A stretch of DNA of 64,000 nucleotides from Candidatus Poribacteria bacterium. Its GTDB lineage: Bacteria > Poribacteria > WGA-4E > WGA-3G. This document shows positions 1 through 10,084 of this stretch, in pieces. Each line of letters begins with the position of its first letter. Position 1 is the first letter of the stretch. Made by a program: the position numbers and the translations under genes. Location: assembly GCA_963663765.2 (NCBI GenBank), contig CAXXUA010000015.1, positions 352,001 to 416,000 of the forward strand, read 5' to 3'. The notes under the pieces were generated by a model. It was not told the origin of the DNA. It worked only from the letters and a program-made list of their open reading frames with translations, and made no database searches.

Positions 1-356
1 TACTTCCACTCTATGCTGCGCTGGAACAATTGGATTTTTCATTAGTTGATGCTGCTAAGGATTTAGGTGCAACTTCCCGTAGAGCGTTTTGGCATGTAAC
101 ATTTCCGTTGAGTATACCCGGAGTACTTGCAGGTTCAATGTTGGTTTTTATCCCGACAGTAGGTGCATTTCTAACACCTGATATTCTCGGTGGAGGAAAA
201 GTAATTTTTGTTGGAAATGTCATTGAACTTCAATTCAAAAGTTTCCGAAATTTTCCATTTGGTGCTGCACTATCTTTTGTACTTATGGGGATCGTGTTTA
301 TGGGAACTGTGGTTTATTTTAAGACTTTGCAGAGAACTGAGTCTATTGAAACATAG
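1..356 (+). CDS. potB: Spermidine/putrescine ABC transporter permease (5' end outside window)
   Basis: Frame is open from the window start (LPLYAALEQLDFSLVDAAKDLGA). It has an EAA-like loop, the PotB-type VFIPTVGAFLTPDILGG segment, and lies upstream of a potC-like gene. Confidence 0.8.
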   Translation, partial: LPLYAALEQLDFSLVDAAKDLGATSRRAFWHVTFPLSIPGVLAGSMLVFIPTVGAFLTPDILGGGKVIFVGNVIELQFKSFRNFPFGAALSFVLMGIVFMGTVVYFKTLQRTESIET

Positions 357-376
357 AGTAAGGACATATTACTGTT

Positions 377-1168
377 ATGTCTACAATATCATCAAAAAGA
401 TTATTTGAAACTAATGTTGTCATAGTATTTCTATTTCTTTATATTCCTATCATCGTTGTAGTTGTATTCTCATTCAATAGTGGTGATCAGATTTCGGTAT
501 GGGAAGGTTTTTCATTTGACTGGTATGCAAAATTGTTTAATAATCCTGATGTTTGGAGAGCATGCAAAAACAGTTTGATTATTGCATGTGCTGCGACAAT
601 CATATCCACAATCATAGGTACAGCGGCTGCAGTAGCATTGAATACATATCGTTTTAGATTACGAAACACAATAATTCACACGTTATATCTACCCATGATA
701 ATTCCAGATATAGTTTTGGCAATTGCGTTATTAACTTTCTATTCGCAACTCAAACTACCTATTGGATTAACTTCTGTAATTGTCGCCCATATAGTATTTA
801 ATGTAAGTTATGTAACCATAGTTGTAAGTGCGCGTTTACAGGGATATGACAGTACGGTAGAGGAAGCAGCGCTTGATCTTGGTGCAAACGAATGGCAGAC
901 ATTTTGGAGAATTACATTTCCAATGATAGCACCTGGAATTATTGGCGGAGCATTACTTGCGTTTACTTTATCAATAGACGACTTTGTCATAACTTTCTTC
1001 ACTGCGGGTGTTGGTAAGACGACACTGTCTGTGCATATTTATAATAGTCTAAAATTTGGTATTACACCAGAACTTAACGCAATTTCAACGATGATGTTAG
1101 TAAACTCAATTGTATTGATTCTTCTATTTGTATGGTTACGCGGTAAGAACACACGTCGTACAATCTGA
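377..1168 (+). CDS. potC: Spermidine/putrescine ABC transporter permease
   Basis: FLYIPIIVVVVFSFN, EEAALDLGA (EAA motif), AFTLSIDDFVITFF, GITPELNA. Confidence 0.85.
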   Translation: MSTISSKRLFETNVVIVFLFLYIPIIVVVVFSFNSGDQISVWEGFSFDWYAKLFNNPDVWRACKNSLIIACAATIISTIIGTAAAVALNTYRFRLRNTIIHTLYLPMIIPDIVLAIALLTFYSQLKLPIGLTSVIVAHIVFNVSYVTIVVSARLQGYDSTVEEAALDLGANEWQTFWRITFPMIAPGIIGGALLAFTLSIDDFVITFFTAGVGKTTLSVHIYNSLKFGITPELNAISTMMLVNSIVLILLFVWLRGKNTRRTI

Positions 1169-1312
1169 CTATATGATTCAACTAATCTGTCAAACATTTT
1201 AACCCTCTATGACAAAATTTAGATGAAATTATTGACTAAATGTGATAATATATTCTGAGAACACACGTGAATTCAAAATTTGGATGATAATTAGATATTT
1301 GGAGGAAGATAA

Positions 1313-1519
1313 ATGTTTGGTCATTGGGAGATACTAGCTTTAGTCTTAGTTGCCTTACTTCTTTTTGGAGGTAAACGCATACCTGAATTGGCACGTGGAC
1401 TTGGTAAAAGTGTTACGAACTTCAAAGCTGGACTAAAAGAGGATCAGGTTGACGAAAATGAAACAGAACAGGATGGAAAACCACCACAGAAGGAAAATAC
1501 AAGCAATATTCTGGAATAG
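1313..1519 (+). CDS. tatA: Twin-arginine translocase TatA/TatE subunit
   Basis: TM helix followed by LLFGGKRIPELARGLGKSVTNFK; GGAGG RBS upstream. Confidence 0.92.
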   Translation: MFGHWEILALVLVALLLFGGKRIPELARGLGKSVTNFKAGLKEDQVDENETEQDGKPPQKENTSNILE

Positions 1520-1521
1520 AG

Positions 1522-1845
1522 ATGAAAGACAAATTACCTGATTTTCTGCAAGAAGTAATTGAGGAGTATCCTGAAGTTTGGCAGGCATATCAAGGGTTAG
1601 GTGAGGCATGTGGAACTGCAGGACCTCTTGATGCGAAGACTGTTCGGTTGACCAAACTTGCCTTGGCTATCGGTGCAAAGTCTGAAGGTGCAGTGCATTC
1701 ACATACTCGGCGTGCATTACGGGAAGGTATCACGCGTGAAGAGTTACAACAAGTTGCATTACTTGCAATAACATCCATCGGTTGGTCATCAAGTATGGCT
1801 GCACTTTCTTGGATACAAGATGTTGTGGACAAACAGTCAGTATGA
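1522..1845 (+). CDS. Carboxymuconolactone decarboxylase (CMD/AhpD-like) family protein
   Basis: GPLDAKTVRLTKLALAIG...GAVHSHTRRALREGITREE pattern. Confidence 0.8.
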   Translation: MKDKLPDFLQEVIEEYPEVWQAYQGLGEACGTAGPLDAKTVRLTKLALAIGAKSEGAVHSHTRRALREGITREELQQVALLAITSIGWSSSMAALSWIQDVVDKQSV

Positions 1846-1855
1846 GAAAATCAAC

Positions 1856-3106
1856 ATGGAAAATAGACAAAAACGTCATAGTTTTATACACAATAGACTT
1901 ACGTTTGGAGTTTTTGTTCTTATAATTATCTTTTTGTACAATCCATCTGTTAGTAAGTGTGAGACGCATAAAAGAGAAGTACAAAAAGGCATTGAATACA
2001 TAAAGTTGGGACTTTATGAAAAAGCAATTGATACCTTTAAATCGGTTTTATCACAAAATCCTAATGATGTGAATGTACTTTATCAGCTTGCTAATGTGTA
2101 TAAATTACAAGATGATATGGAATTAGCGATAGATACATCAATAAGATTATTAACAATAAATAAGACAAAAAAGAATCCTGCAAATAGTCAGTTGTACGGG
2201 TTTACACATCTATTACTCTCAGAAATTTATTGTAAACAAAGTAAATTAGAAATTGCAGAACAGCATGCAATTGCTGCAGTTCAAAGTTGCCCGAAGGTAG
2301 CTGACACACATTACCGTCTTGGCTATATTTACACACATCAAGCGAAGTTTAACATTGCACTGAAGGCATTTCAGAAGACGTTGGAAATAAAACCTGATTT
2401 TCCTGAAGTCTATGAGTGGCGTGGTTTGATAGCGATAATGCAAAATAAGCCAGAGGAAGCAATATCATACTATAAAACATCAATCCAAAAAAAGCCTTAT
2501 GTCCAAAGTGCGTACTATAATCTTGCCAAAGCTTACCGACTTCTCGGTGACATGAAATCTGCATCTGAACAATTGAAACTGTTTCAACAGATGAAGTCTT
2601 ACTATGATAAGACTTATGCTATTGAAGGTCTATTAAAAGAAAACCCATTAGATGCTACACTTCGATTAAAATTAGCAGAACTACATTTAACACATAAACA
2701 TATCATTGCTGCAATTGATACTTACAAAGCACTGATTGTGTTGAATCCTGAATTCGTTCAAGGGTATGATAAGTTGGGTAGGTTGTATATGGACATCAAC
2801 AGACCGCAACTTGCAATTCCACTATTAAATAAGGTGCTTGAGTTGAATCCAAACGCGGTTGAAGCACATGTTCGATTAGGATGGATCCATTCATTGCAAG
2901 AGATGTATGACAAAGCGGAATCACATTTGCAAAAAGCAATAAAGAAGATGCCGAAACTGACTCTGGCATACCACGGGTTAGCTGAAATTTATATAAAACA
3001 GGGTTTTATTAATAAAGCAAAAAAAGTCTATCAAGATATTACGAAGATTGATCCTAACGACAAAGAGGCATGGGCAGCATTACGTAAATTAGAACGTAAG
3101 AAGTAA
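1856..3106 (+). CDS. Exported tetratricopeptide repeat protein
   Basis: N-terminal hydrophobic segment and many TPR units (e.g. HYRLGYIY, AYYNLAKAY, AHVRLGWI). Start moved to ATG 1856 to avoid overlapping the CMD gene. Confidence 0.8.
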   Translation: MENRQKRHSFIHNRLTFGVFVLIIIFLYNPSVSKCETHKREVQKGIEYIKLGLYEKAIDTFKSVLSQNPNDVNVLYQLANVYKLQDDMELAIDTSIRLLTINKTKKNPANSQLYGFTHLLLSEIYCKQSKLEIAEQHAIAAVQSCPKVADTHYRLGYIYTHQAKFNIALKAFQKTLEIKPDFPEVYEWRGLIAIMQNKPEEAISYYKTSIQKKPYVQSAYYNLAKAYRLLGDMKSASEQLKLFQQMKSYYDKTYAIEGLLKENPLDATLRLKLAELHLTHKHIIAAIDTYKALIVLNPEFVQGYDKLGRLYMDINRPQLAIPLLNKVLELNPNAVEAHVRLGWIHSLQEMYDKAESHLQKAIKKMPKLTLAYHGLAEIYIKQGFINKAKKVYQDITKIDPNDKEAWAALRKLERKK

Positions 3107-3145
3107 GCCTTTTATATAGAAAATAGGTTTTAAAATAATCAATCT

Positions 3146-4858
3146 ATGTCAAAGTTATACTATATCCATAAGATTATTCTCTTCAATTTTTTCACCCCAA
3201 AGGTATTAATTTTTTCTATTTTATTCCAATATTCGGTAATAAGTTTTGCTGAATCCATTTTTCTTGATGTAACCGAGTCTGCTGGTATACATTTTGAGCA
3301 TTCAGATGGCAGGAGTGGTTTAAGATTATTCAATGAATTTCTCGGTTCTGGTTGTGGTTTTTTTGACTATGACAATGATGGACACCTTGATATCTATTTC
3401 GTCAATGGAGCAAATCAGATAGGACATTCACAAGACGAGAAGTTACGGAATGTGCTTTATAGAAACAACGGTGATGGCACATTCTCTGATACTACCAAAA
3501 TTGCAGGTGTGGGTAGTACTTCTTATGGAGTTGGTGCTACCGTTGGAGATTATGATAATGATGGAGACCTTGATCTATATGTCACAAATTTTGGTGTAGA
3601 TCAACTCTATCGTAATAATGGTGATGGTAGTTTTACAGAAATTACAAAGCAAGCACGAGTAATAAATGAAAAATGGGGAACAAGTTGTGCATTTGCGGAT
3701 GTTGATAATGATGGGGATATAGACCTATATATAACGAATTACGCTGATTATAATCCGAAGGAAGAAATACGATGTGAGGAAAAAGGAGTTCATATTTATT
3801 GTGGACCGCATGCATACCCTGCAGTTCATGATACTTTCTATAAGAACAACGGTGATGGCACATTTACTGATATGTCAACTCTGTTTCAGCCTAAAAGTCT
3901 TGAACCGATGCATGGTTTAGGCGTGACGTTCGGTGATTATGATGTAGATGGGGATATAGACTTATATGTAGCAAACGATCAAGACCCGAATTTTCTATTT
4001 CGGAACATAGAAAAAAATCAGATATTAGAGGTTGCATTAATTTCTGGTGTTTGTTACAATGATATGGGTAAAGAAGAAGCTGGAATGGGAACTGATTTCG
4101 GCGACTATAACAACGATGGTAAACTTGACCTTACCGTCAGCAACTATCAGACAGAGACTAATACACTGTATCATAATTACGATGGTAGTTTCTTTATTGA
4201 CAATACCATACCTTCAGGAATTGCTGAAGTGACCCATGGGTACCTTGGTTGGGGAATTAAGTTTATTGATTATGATAACGATGGGTATCAAGACATCTTT
4301 GTAGCGAATGGACATTTGATGGATAATATTACAATGCTTGAAAAGCATGTTTCTTATCCTCAAAAGAATCTGTTGTTTAGAAATTTAGGAGATGGTAAGT
4401 TTACTAATGTAAGAACACAGAATGATGGTTTGACGTTGAAAAAGGTTAGTCGTGGTGTTGCTGTTGGTGATTACGATAATGATGGCGATCTTGATATATT
4501 AGTGTCTAATATCAATCAACGTCCTGATCTACTGCAAAATGTAGTTGGCAACCAAAACAATTGGATTCAGATTAAGGTAGTTGGTAGGATAAGCAACCGT
4601 TCAGGAATTGGTACAAGAATCAAGGTAGTGACTGGAAATCATGTTCAGAATCGTGAAGTGCAGAGTAGCGGGAGTTATCTATCATTTCATGATTTGCGTG
4701 CTCATATTGGTGTTGGAACAGCGAAACAGATTGATTTTATTGAAATTTGCTGGACATCTGGACAAACTGACAGCGGTACAAATCTATCTGTTAATCATAG
4801 GTATTTAGCCGTTGAAGGAGAAAAAATTGTCCCTTTAGAAAAAACAATTAGTAATTAA
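3146..4858 (+). CDS. CRTAC1-family FG-GAP/ASPIC-UnbV protein
   Basis: Repeated DYDNDGDLD-type FG-GAP motifs; C-terminal NRSGIGTRIKV...SGSYLS..DLRAHIGVG ASPIC/UnbV domain. Confidence 0.88.
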   Translation: MSKLYYIHKIILFNFFTPKVLIFSILFQYSVISFAESIFLDVTESAGIHFEHSDGRSGLRLFNEFLGSGCGFFDYDNDGHLDIYFVNGANQIGHSQDEKLRNVLYRNNGDGTFSDTTKIAGVGSTSYGVGATVGDYDNDGDLDLYVTNFGVDQLYRNNGDGSFTEITKQARVINEKWGTSCAFADVDNDGDIDLYITNYADYNPKEEIRCEEKGVHIYCGPHAYPAVHDTFYKNNGDGTFTDMSTLFQPKSLEPMHGLGVTFGDYDVDGDIDLYVANDQDPNFLFRNIEKNQILEVALISGVCYNDMGKEEAGMGTDFGDYNNDGKLDLTVSNYQTETNTLYHNYDGSFFIDNTIPSGIAEVTHGYLGWGIKFIDYDNDGYQDIFVANGHLMDNITMLEKHVSYPQKNLLFRNLGDGKFTNVRTQNDGLTLKKVSRGVAVGDYDNDGDLDILVSNINQRPDLLQNVVGNQNNWIQIKVVGRISNRSGIGTRIKVVTGNHVQNREVQSSGSYLSFHDLRAHIGVGTAKQIDFIEICWTSGQTDSGTNLSVNHRYLAVEGEKIVPLEKTISN

Positions 4859-4866
4859 GTTCATAT

Positions 4867-5649
4867 TTGAGGTGCATTTTGAAACATTCTTTTATATTGT
4901 TAACACTTATGTTTGTTAGCATATCAATATCTTTTGCAGTTGAAGATTCCCTATTCTTGTATATGTCTTTTGATACAATAGATGGAGATGAAGTTATAGA
5001 CCATTCAATATATGGAAATCATGGTCAAATTATGGGTGATACAAAGCACGTTACAGGAAGATTTGATAAAGCCCTGGAATTTGATGGTGATATGGATTTT
5101 GTAGAAATCGCACATCATGAATCCTTAACCGTGGATGAGGCTTTGACTGCTATGGCTTGGATCAAACCTGAGAGACATTCAGGACCTGGTAACGCACAAT
5201 GGCAAGGAATCTTTGCAAAAGGTAGTAACCCACGTTCTTACAGTCTCTGGACTCATAGAGATAGCAAATGTCTACATTTAAGTATAGGCCCGTCCAGCAC
5301 AGGCGGGAGTAATTGTAATACTGAGCTTAAGTTAAATGTGTGGCAACATGTCGCTGTGCATTTTGTTGATGGTACTCACCGTTATTGGATCAATGGAGAA
5401 AAAATTGGAGAATTCAGTGACAAACCGAATCCTCCTGGATTAGAAGATACAAACCCTGTGGTTATTGGAACAGCAGGGGGTAACAATATACGATGGTTTC
5501 TCGGCATGATTGATGAAGTGCGTATCTGGAACCGAGCTCTATCAGAAAATGAAATTAAGGATCAGATGAACAAAGGCCATTTTGATATCTTTCCAGTAGA
5601 CCCGAGACAAAAACTTACAACGACATGGGGATACCTCAAAGAAGAATAA
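4867..5649 (+). CDS. Secreted LamG/concanavalin A-like jelly-roll protein
   Basis: Signal peptide, GRFDKALEFDG, WQHVA, IDEVRIWNRALS, C-terminal VDPRQKLTTTWG. Confidence 0.85.
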   Translation: MRCILKHSFILLTLMFVSISISFAVEDSLFLYMSFDTIDGDEVIDHSIYGNHGQIMGDTKHVTGRFDKALEFDGDMDFVEIAHHESLTVDEALTAMAWIKPERHSGPGNAQWQGIFAKGSNPRSYSLWTHRDSKCLHLSIGPSSTGGSNCNTELKLNVWQHVAVHFVDGTHRYWINGEKIGEFSDKPNPPGLEDTNPVVIGTAGGNNIRWFLGMIDEVRIWNRALSENEIKDQMNKGHFDIFPVDPRQKLTTTWGYLKEE

Positions 5650-5707
5650 TTCATCTTACATTCATTAATTGTTATGTTGCATCATATAATACAAATAAAG
5701 GAGTAAA

Positions 5708-6490
5708 ATGAAAACTATAAGTATAATGTTAGTTTTTATTTCATTAATTGTAACAGTCTCATTTGCGCAGGATGAACTTGATGATTCTCTTATCCTTTCC
5801 ATGTCTTTTGATACAATTGAAGGTGAGAAAGTAACTGACCATTCAATATATGGAAACCATGGCGATGTAAAGGGGGATCCTGAACTTGTTGAGGGGAAAT
5901 TTGGGAAAGCATTGCAGCTAAACGGTCAAAGTGATTGGGTTGAAATCCCACATCATGAAAGCCTCACGGTTGATAAAAACGTTACCGTCATGGTTTGGAT
6001 TAATGCTGAAAGACATACCGGACCGAATGAAGCGCAATGGCAAGGAATTTTAGCGAAAGGCAACGACCCACGATCCTATAGTTTCTATACAGATTCAAAT
6101 TGCAAATGTCTACATTTCAGTGTCGGTCCACCGAATGGAGGAGGCTCACTCAGCCAAGGTGAAGTTGCGTTAAATGCATGGCAACATGTTGTCGCTCAGA
6201 TAGATAATGGAACACACCGTTATTGGATTAATGGTGAGAATGTTGGTGAATCTGCAAACAGACCGGATCCTCCAGGTTTAACAGACACATCCAATGTTTT
6301 TATTGGAAGAAATAGTGGAGGAGTTGCCCAAGTGTTCCTCGGTTTGATGGATGAAGTTCGTATCTGGAACCGTGCTCTCACTGAAGAAGAAATTAACGAT
6401 CAGATGAATAAAGGTCACTTTGAGATCTTTCCAGTAGATCCACGGCAAAAACTAACAACAACATGGGGATATCTCAAAGTAAAACAGTAA
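5708..6490 (+). CDS. Secreted LamG-domain protein, tandem paralog
   Basis: Same architecture and same C-terminal motif as 4867-5649; AAGGAG RBS. Confidence 0.87.
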   Translation: MKTISIMLVFISLIVTVSFAQDELDDSLILSMSFDTIEGEKVTDHSIYGNHGDVKGDPELVEGKFGKALQLNGQSDWVEIPHHESLTVDKNVTVMVWINAERHTGPNEAQWQGILAKGNDPRSYSFYTDSNCKCLHFSVGPPNGGGSLSQGEVALNAWQHVVAQIDNGTHRYWINGENVGESANRPDPPGLTDTSNVFIGRNSGGVAQVFLGLMDEVRIWNRALTEEEINDQMNKGHFEIFPVDPRQKLTTTWGYLKVKQ

Positions 6491-6557
6491 ATGTCATGCA
6501 GACTATTAAGGTTCGCCTTAACAAGTGTTCAATTGTGTTTAAAAAAACACTGTTGAA

Positions 6558-6636
6558 ATGGTAGTTGGGTTTCAAACTGGTACTGCAGTCGACCCAAGAG
6601 ATTAATTTGGCAACGACATGGAGTGCTATTAAGTAG
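6558..6636 (+). pseudogene. Frameshifted relic of a VDPxxKLxTTW C-terminal motif
   Basis: Reads MVVGFQTGTAVDPRD, then after one extra T (6603) NLATTWSAIK-stop. Confidence 0.6.
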
Positions 6637-6674
6637 AAGAAATAACTGATTTCTATCTTACACCATTTGGTTCT

Positions 6675-6704
6675 TAAAGGTGAACTCATTTGGGTTCACC
6701 TTTA
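6675..6704 (+). terminator. Hairpin after the LamG cluster, probable terminator
   Basis: TAAAGGTGAAC / GTTCACCTTTA inverted repeat. Confidence 0.5.
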
Positions 6705-6733
6705 CACTTTCAACAAAAACAAACATTCTGGTA

Positions 6734-6905
6734 CAGGACTTACGCACCCAACGGTAGGCGGGGAATGCCTAAACGGCATTCATCCCCGGGGAATACCATA
6801 AGGTATTCATATCGTTGATTTGGCGCTGGAAACCGAAAAAATGCTGAAAATTACACCATTTTCGTCATAATACTTCATCAAATCATGAAATCTGCGTAAG
6901 TCCTG
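6734..6905. mobile_element. MITE family A, copy 1 (172 bp)
   Basis: TIRs CAGGACTTACGCA / TGCGTAAGTCCTG; flanks TGGTA / TGTTA (5-bp TSD, 1 mismatch); three further copies in the window. Confidence 0.85.
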
Positions 6906-6930
6906 TGTTAAAACAAAGGGGAAACAAAAA

Positions 6931-7329
6931 GTGAAAGGAAAATTCATTGCATCTGCAGAAGTTGAGCGAGACCAATTAGATTGGGGTACAGTCGGTTGGT
7001 TGAGCCGACCAGAGTCTACTAGTGCAAAAGATATTGTTGCTATGGAAGTCAGTTTATCACCTGGCTTTGGACATGATTTCCATAAACATCCTGAACAGGA
7101 AGAGGTGATATATGTCATAGAAGGCAGCGTGGAACAGTGGCTTGAGGATGAGAAGCAAACATTAAATGCTGGGGATTCTGTCTTTATTGCTGCGGATGTC
7201 GTCCATGCATCCTTCAATGTTTCGTCTAAACCAGCAAAGTTATTTGTTACCCTCAGTCCAAGTAAAGGTGAAGAAGGGTACCAACTCATTGATGTATATA
7301 ATGATGCTCCATGGAATACTCTTCGCTGA
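6931..7329 (+). CDS. Cupin domain protein
   Basis: HDFHKHPEQEEVIYVIEG and GDSVFIAADVVH cupin motifs. Confidence 0.85.
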   Translation: MKGKFIASAEVERDQLDWGTVGWLSRPESTSAKDIVAMEVSLSPGFGHDFHKHPEQEEVIYVIEGSVEQWLEDEKQTLNAGDSVFIAADVVHASFNVSSKPAKLFVTLSPSKGEEGYQLIDVYNDAPWNTLR

Positions 7330-7403
7330 AATACTTATATTGTTAGATTGGCAAAAAAAACTAAATTACTTTAAGATATTAAACACCATGTTGTTGAAAA
7401 TAT

Positions 7404-8234
7404 ATGCTTGAAGCACAAGTAACAGAGTCATCTTCGCAAATCCGACAGCAGATGCGGGAATTCTACGAAACATCAGAATCCTACAAGAATCTCTTGTCTG
7501 CACATGACGAAGAATATCTACAAGCCTATGTTAACTTGGTCATCCGTTTTGCGCCATCAGGTTCCAAGATTTTAGATCTCGGTTGTGGAAATGGGATTTC
7601 ATCCCGCATGTTAAACCAAGCATGCTATGATGTAGTAGGGACCGATATTTCAAAACTCTTTCTTGAAGAAGCTCAAGAATGGTGTAATGAAAAACTACGA
7701 TACCAAGTATGTGATGTTTTGGAACTACCTTTTGATAATGATTCCTTTGATGTTATTTGTTCAAACGAACTGATTGAACACCTTCCAGATGTGGAAACTG
7801 CATTGAAGGAGATGATTCGAGTAGTTCGAAAAGGTGGAAGGATTGTACTTTCAGGTCCAAATCTCAGTTCTCCCTTAACACCATTTCTCGACTGGTTTCG
7901 TTTGATGTGTGGTAAAGAGGGTAGATCTATTTGGGGAGAAACAAAAAAGCAAGCATTTCAACAATTAATATACAACTTTAGACTTTATATACGAAAACGA
8001 TTATTAACAAAACATCCAAAATTCATTTATCGTGAACCAGAACTCCAGAACGTTGCTATTGGTGGTGATGCTGATAGTGCTTATTATGCAAATCCTATTG
8101 ATATTGCGCAGTTTTTTAAGTTACATGGTGTAATTATAGAAAAAAAAGCTGTAGGTTTTGGTTTTAAAGGGAGGATTGTTGCTAATATGTTCCCATATTT
8201 GAGTCCTTACATTACTATGGTTTTACAAAAATGA
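7404..8234 (+). CDS. Class I SAM-dependent methyltransferase
   Basis: [26 protein letters not shown]. Confidence 0.85.
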   Translation: MLEAQVTESSSQIRQQMREFYETSESYKNLLSAHDEEYLQAYVNLVIRFAPSGSKILDLGCGNGISSRMLNQACYDVVGTDISKLFLEEAQEWCNEKLRYQVCDVLELPFDNDSFDVICSNELIEHLPDVETALKEMIRVVRKGGRIVLSGPNLSSPLTPFLDWFRLMCGKEGRSIWGETKKQAFQQLIYNFRLYIRKRLLTKHPKFIYREPELQNVAIGGDADSAYYANPIDIAQFFKLHGVIIEKKAVGFGFKGRIVANMFPYLSPYITMVLQK

Positions 8235-9070
8235 ACATCCGTTCAAATGATTTTGTATTAGAAATAGGAAGTGGTCATAATCCAAATATACGTTCAGATG
8301 TATTATGTGATAAATTCATTGATGATGATGAACAACGCGGAGGAAAGATCGTCACTGATAGACCGATTGTAGAAGCAGATGGACAGTTTTTACCTTTTGC
8401 AGATAATTCATTTGATTATGTAATTTGTTTACATGTATTAGAACATGTTGAAGATCCAGAGTACCTACTTTCTGAAATGATGCGAGTATCCACCAGAGGA
8501 TATATTGAAACTCCATCTGAAGTAGGTGAGTTGATCTATGGTTGGCCTTATCATAACTGGATTGTTAACGCTGTTGATGGTAAGCTTGTAATTAGAGAAA
8601 ACGAAAAGAAAGCTGCATTCGGTCAACTTTTTCATACTTTGGCTGCACAGGATAAGTATTGGAGAAAGTTTCATATCATGCACCATCGTCTGTTTCTTGT
8701 GCAATATGAATGGGAGAGTAAAATTGAATATGAAATTATGGAGCAAACGGAATCACCATTGAATTTGAAATGTCCCCAAACCATTGAAGATTTATTGTCA
8801 TCTCCTCACTTAAATGAAAATAATGATCAATTATTAGTAACTATAAAAAGTTTGGTGCCTCGAGATCTTGTTTCACCTATAAAATCACTTATATCTAAAA
8901 GTAGGAGACGAAATAGGAAAACACTAAAAGAGATTCTCGTTTGTCCAAAGTGTAAGGACGAAATTGTTTGGCAAGAAAACAAAATTCATTGTAAGAATTG
9001 TGAACAGGACTACCCAATTATTGATGGAATCCCGAGATTAGCAATTACACCAGAATTTAGACATAAGTAG
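8231..9070 (+). CDS. Methyltransferase-domain protein with C-terminal Trm112-like zinc-finger domain
   Basis: [26 protein letters not shown]; C-terminus ILVCPKCK...[17 protein letters not shown]; ATGA overlap with the upstream gene. Confidence 0.8.
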   Translation: MNIRSNDFVLEIGSGHNPNIRSDVLCDKFIDDDEQRGGKIVTDRPIVEADGQFLPFADNSFDYVICLHVLEHVEDPEYLLSEMMRVSTRGYIETPSEVGELIYGWPYHNWIVNAVDGKLVIRENEKKAAFGQLFHTLAAQDKYWRKFHIMHHRLFLVQYEWESKIEYEIMEQTESPLNLKCPQTIEDLLSSPHLNENNDQLLVTIKSLVPRDLVSPIKSLISKSRRRNRKTLKEILVCPKCKDEIVWQENKIHCKNCEQDYPIIDGIPRLAITPEFRHK

Positions 9071-9100
9071 TACATTTAACCTAAATTTTCATAATAATTC

Positions 9101-10066
9101 ATGGATACTATGAAATCAAATAACATTGAAAACAGAGATATTGTGATAATAGGAGGAGGAACTGCGGGTTTTGCAGCGGGTGTATATACATCACGTGCAA
9201 TGTTGCAACCAGTTCTATTAACTGGAGACGCACTTGGTGGTCAGCTCTCCTTAACACTTGACCTTGAGAACTATCCTGGCTTTTTTGGTACTGAAGCATC
9301 TGCGTTTATTCAAGGAATGCAGGAACAGGCTGAACGATTTGGAACTGAAGTTAAATTTGATACTGTTACTGATGTTGATTTCGCGACGCATCCGTTTGTA
9401 GTTAAGTCTTATGAAAAAGAGTACCATGCAAAATCTGTGATTATTTGTACTGGTGCTTCTCCACGCACTTTAGACATTCCTGGGGAAGAAGGGTATGGTG
9501 GACGTGGTGTATCTTATTGTGCGACTTGTGATGGGTTTTTCTTTCAAGACCAACGGCTTATCGTTGTTGGTGGAGGAGACGCAGCATTGGAGGAAGGAAT
9601 TTTTCTCACCAAATATGCATCTGAGGTATTTGTAGTTCATCGTCGAGATCAACTCCGTGCTAGCCAAATTATGCAAGAACGAGCATTCAAAAACGATAAG
9701 ATCAAATTTATTTGGGATACCGTTGTTGAAGAAATTTGCGGGGATGACGATAAGGTAACTGGCGCGAAACTCAAGAATATCAAGACAGACGAAACTGAAC
9801 TATTCCCAATTGATGGTGTTTTTATCTTTATAGGTCATATTCCAAATACCGAACTATTTACCGATGTTATAGACATGGATGATCAGGGGTATATCATTGT
9901 TGACAGTATGCAACGGACTAATATAGACGGTGTTTTCGCAGCGGGGGATGTGCATGACCATGTGTTCCGCCAAGCAATTACTGCTGCTGGTGCAGGAGCG
10001 GCAGCTGCAATTGCATCTGAAAAATTTGTTGCCGAATTGGAAAACCGAACATATCCTGGGAATTAA
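9101..10066 (+). CDS. trxB: Thioredoxin-disulfide reductase
   Basis: GRGVSYCATCDG active site, GGGDAALEEG, VHRRD, FAAGDV. Start could also be ATG 9110. Confidence 0.93.
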   Translation: MDTMKSNNIENRDIVIIGGGTAGFAAGVYTSRAMLQPVLLTGDALGGQLSLTLDLENYPGFFGTEASAFIQGMQEQAERFGTEVKFDTVTDVDFATHPFVVKSYEKEYHAKSVIICTGASPRTLDIPGEEGYGGRGVSYCATCDGFFFQDQRLIVVGGGDAALEEGIFLTKYASEVFVVHRRDQLRASQIMQERAFKNDKIKFIWDTVVEEICGDDDKVTGAKLKNIKTDETELFPIDGVFIFIGHIPNTELFTDVIDMDDQGYIIVDSMQRTNIDGVFAAGDVHDHVFRQAITAAGAGAAAAIASEKFVAELENRTYPGN

Positions 10067-10084
10067 TTTTGTAGGTCTTATTCT

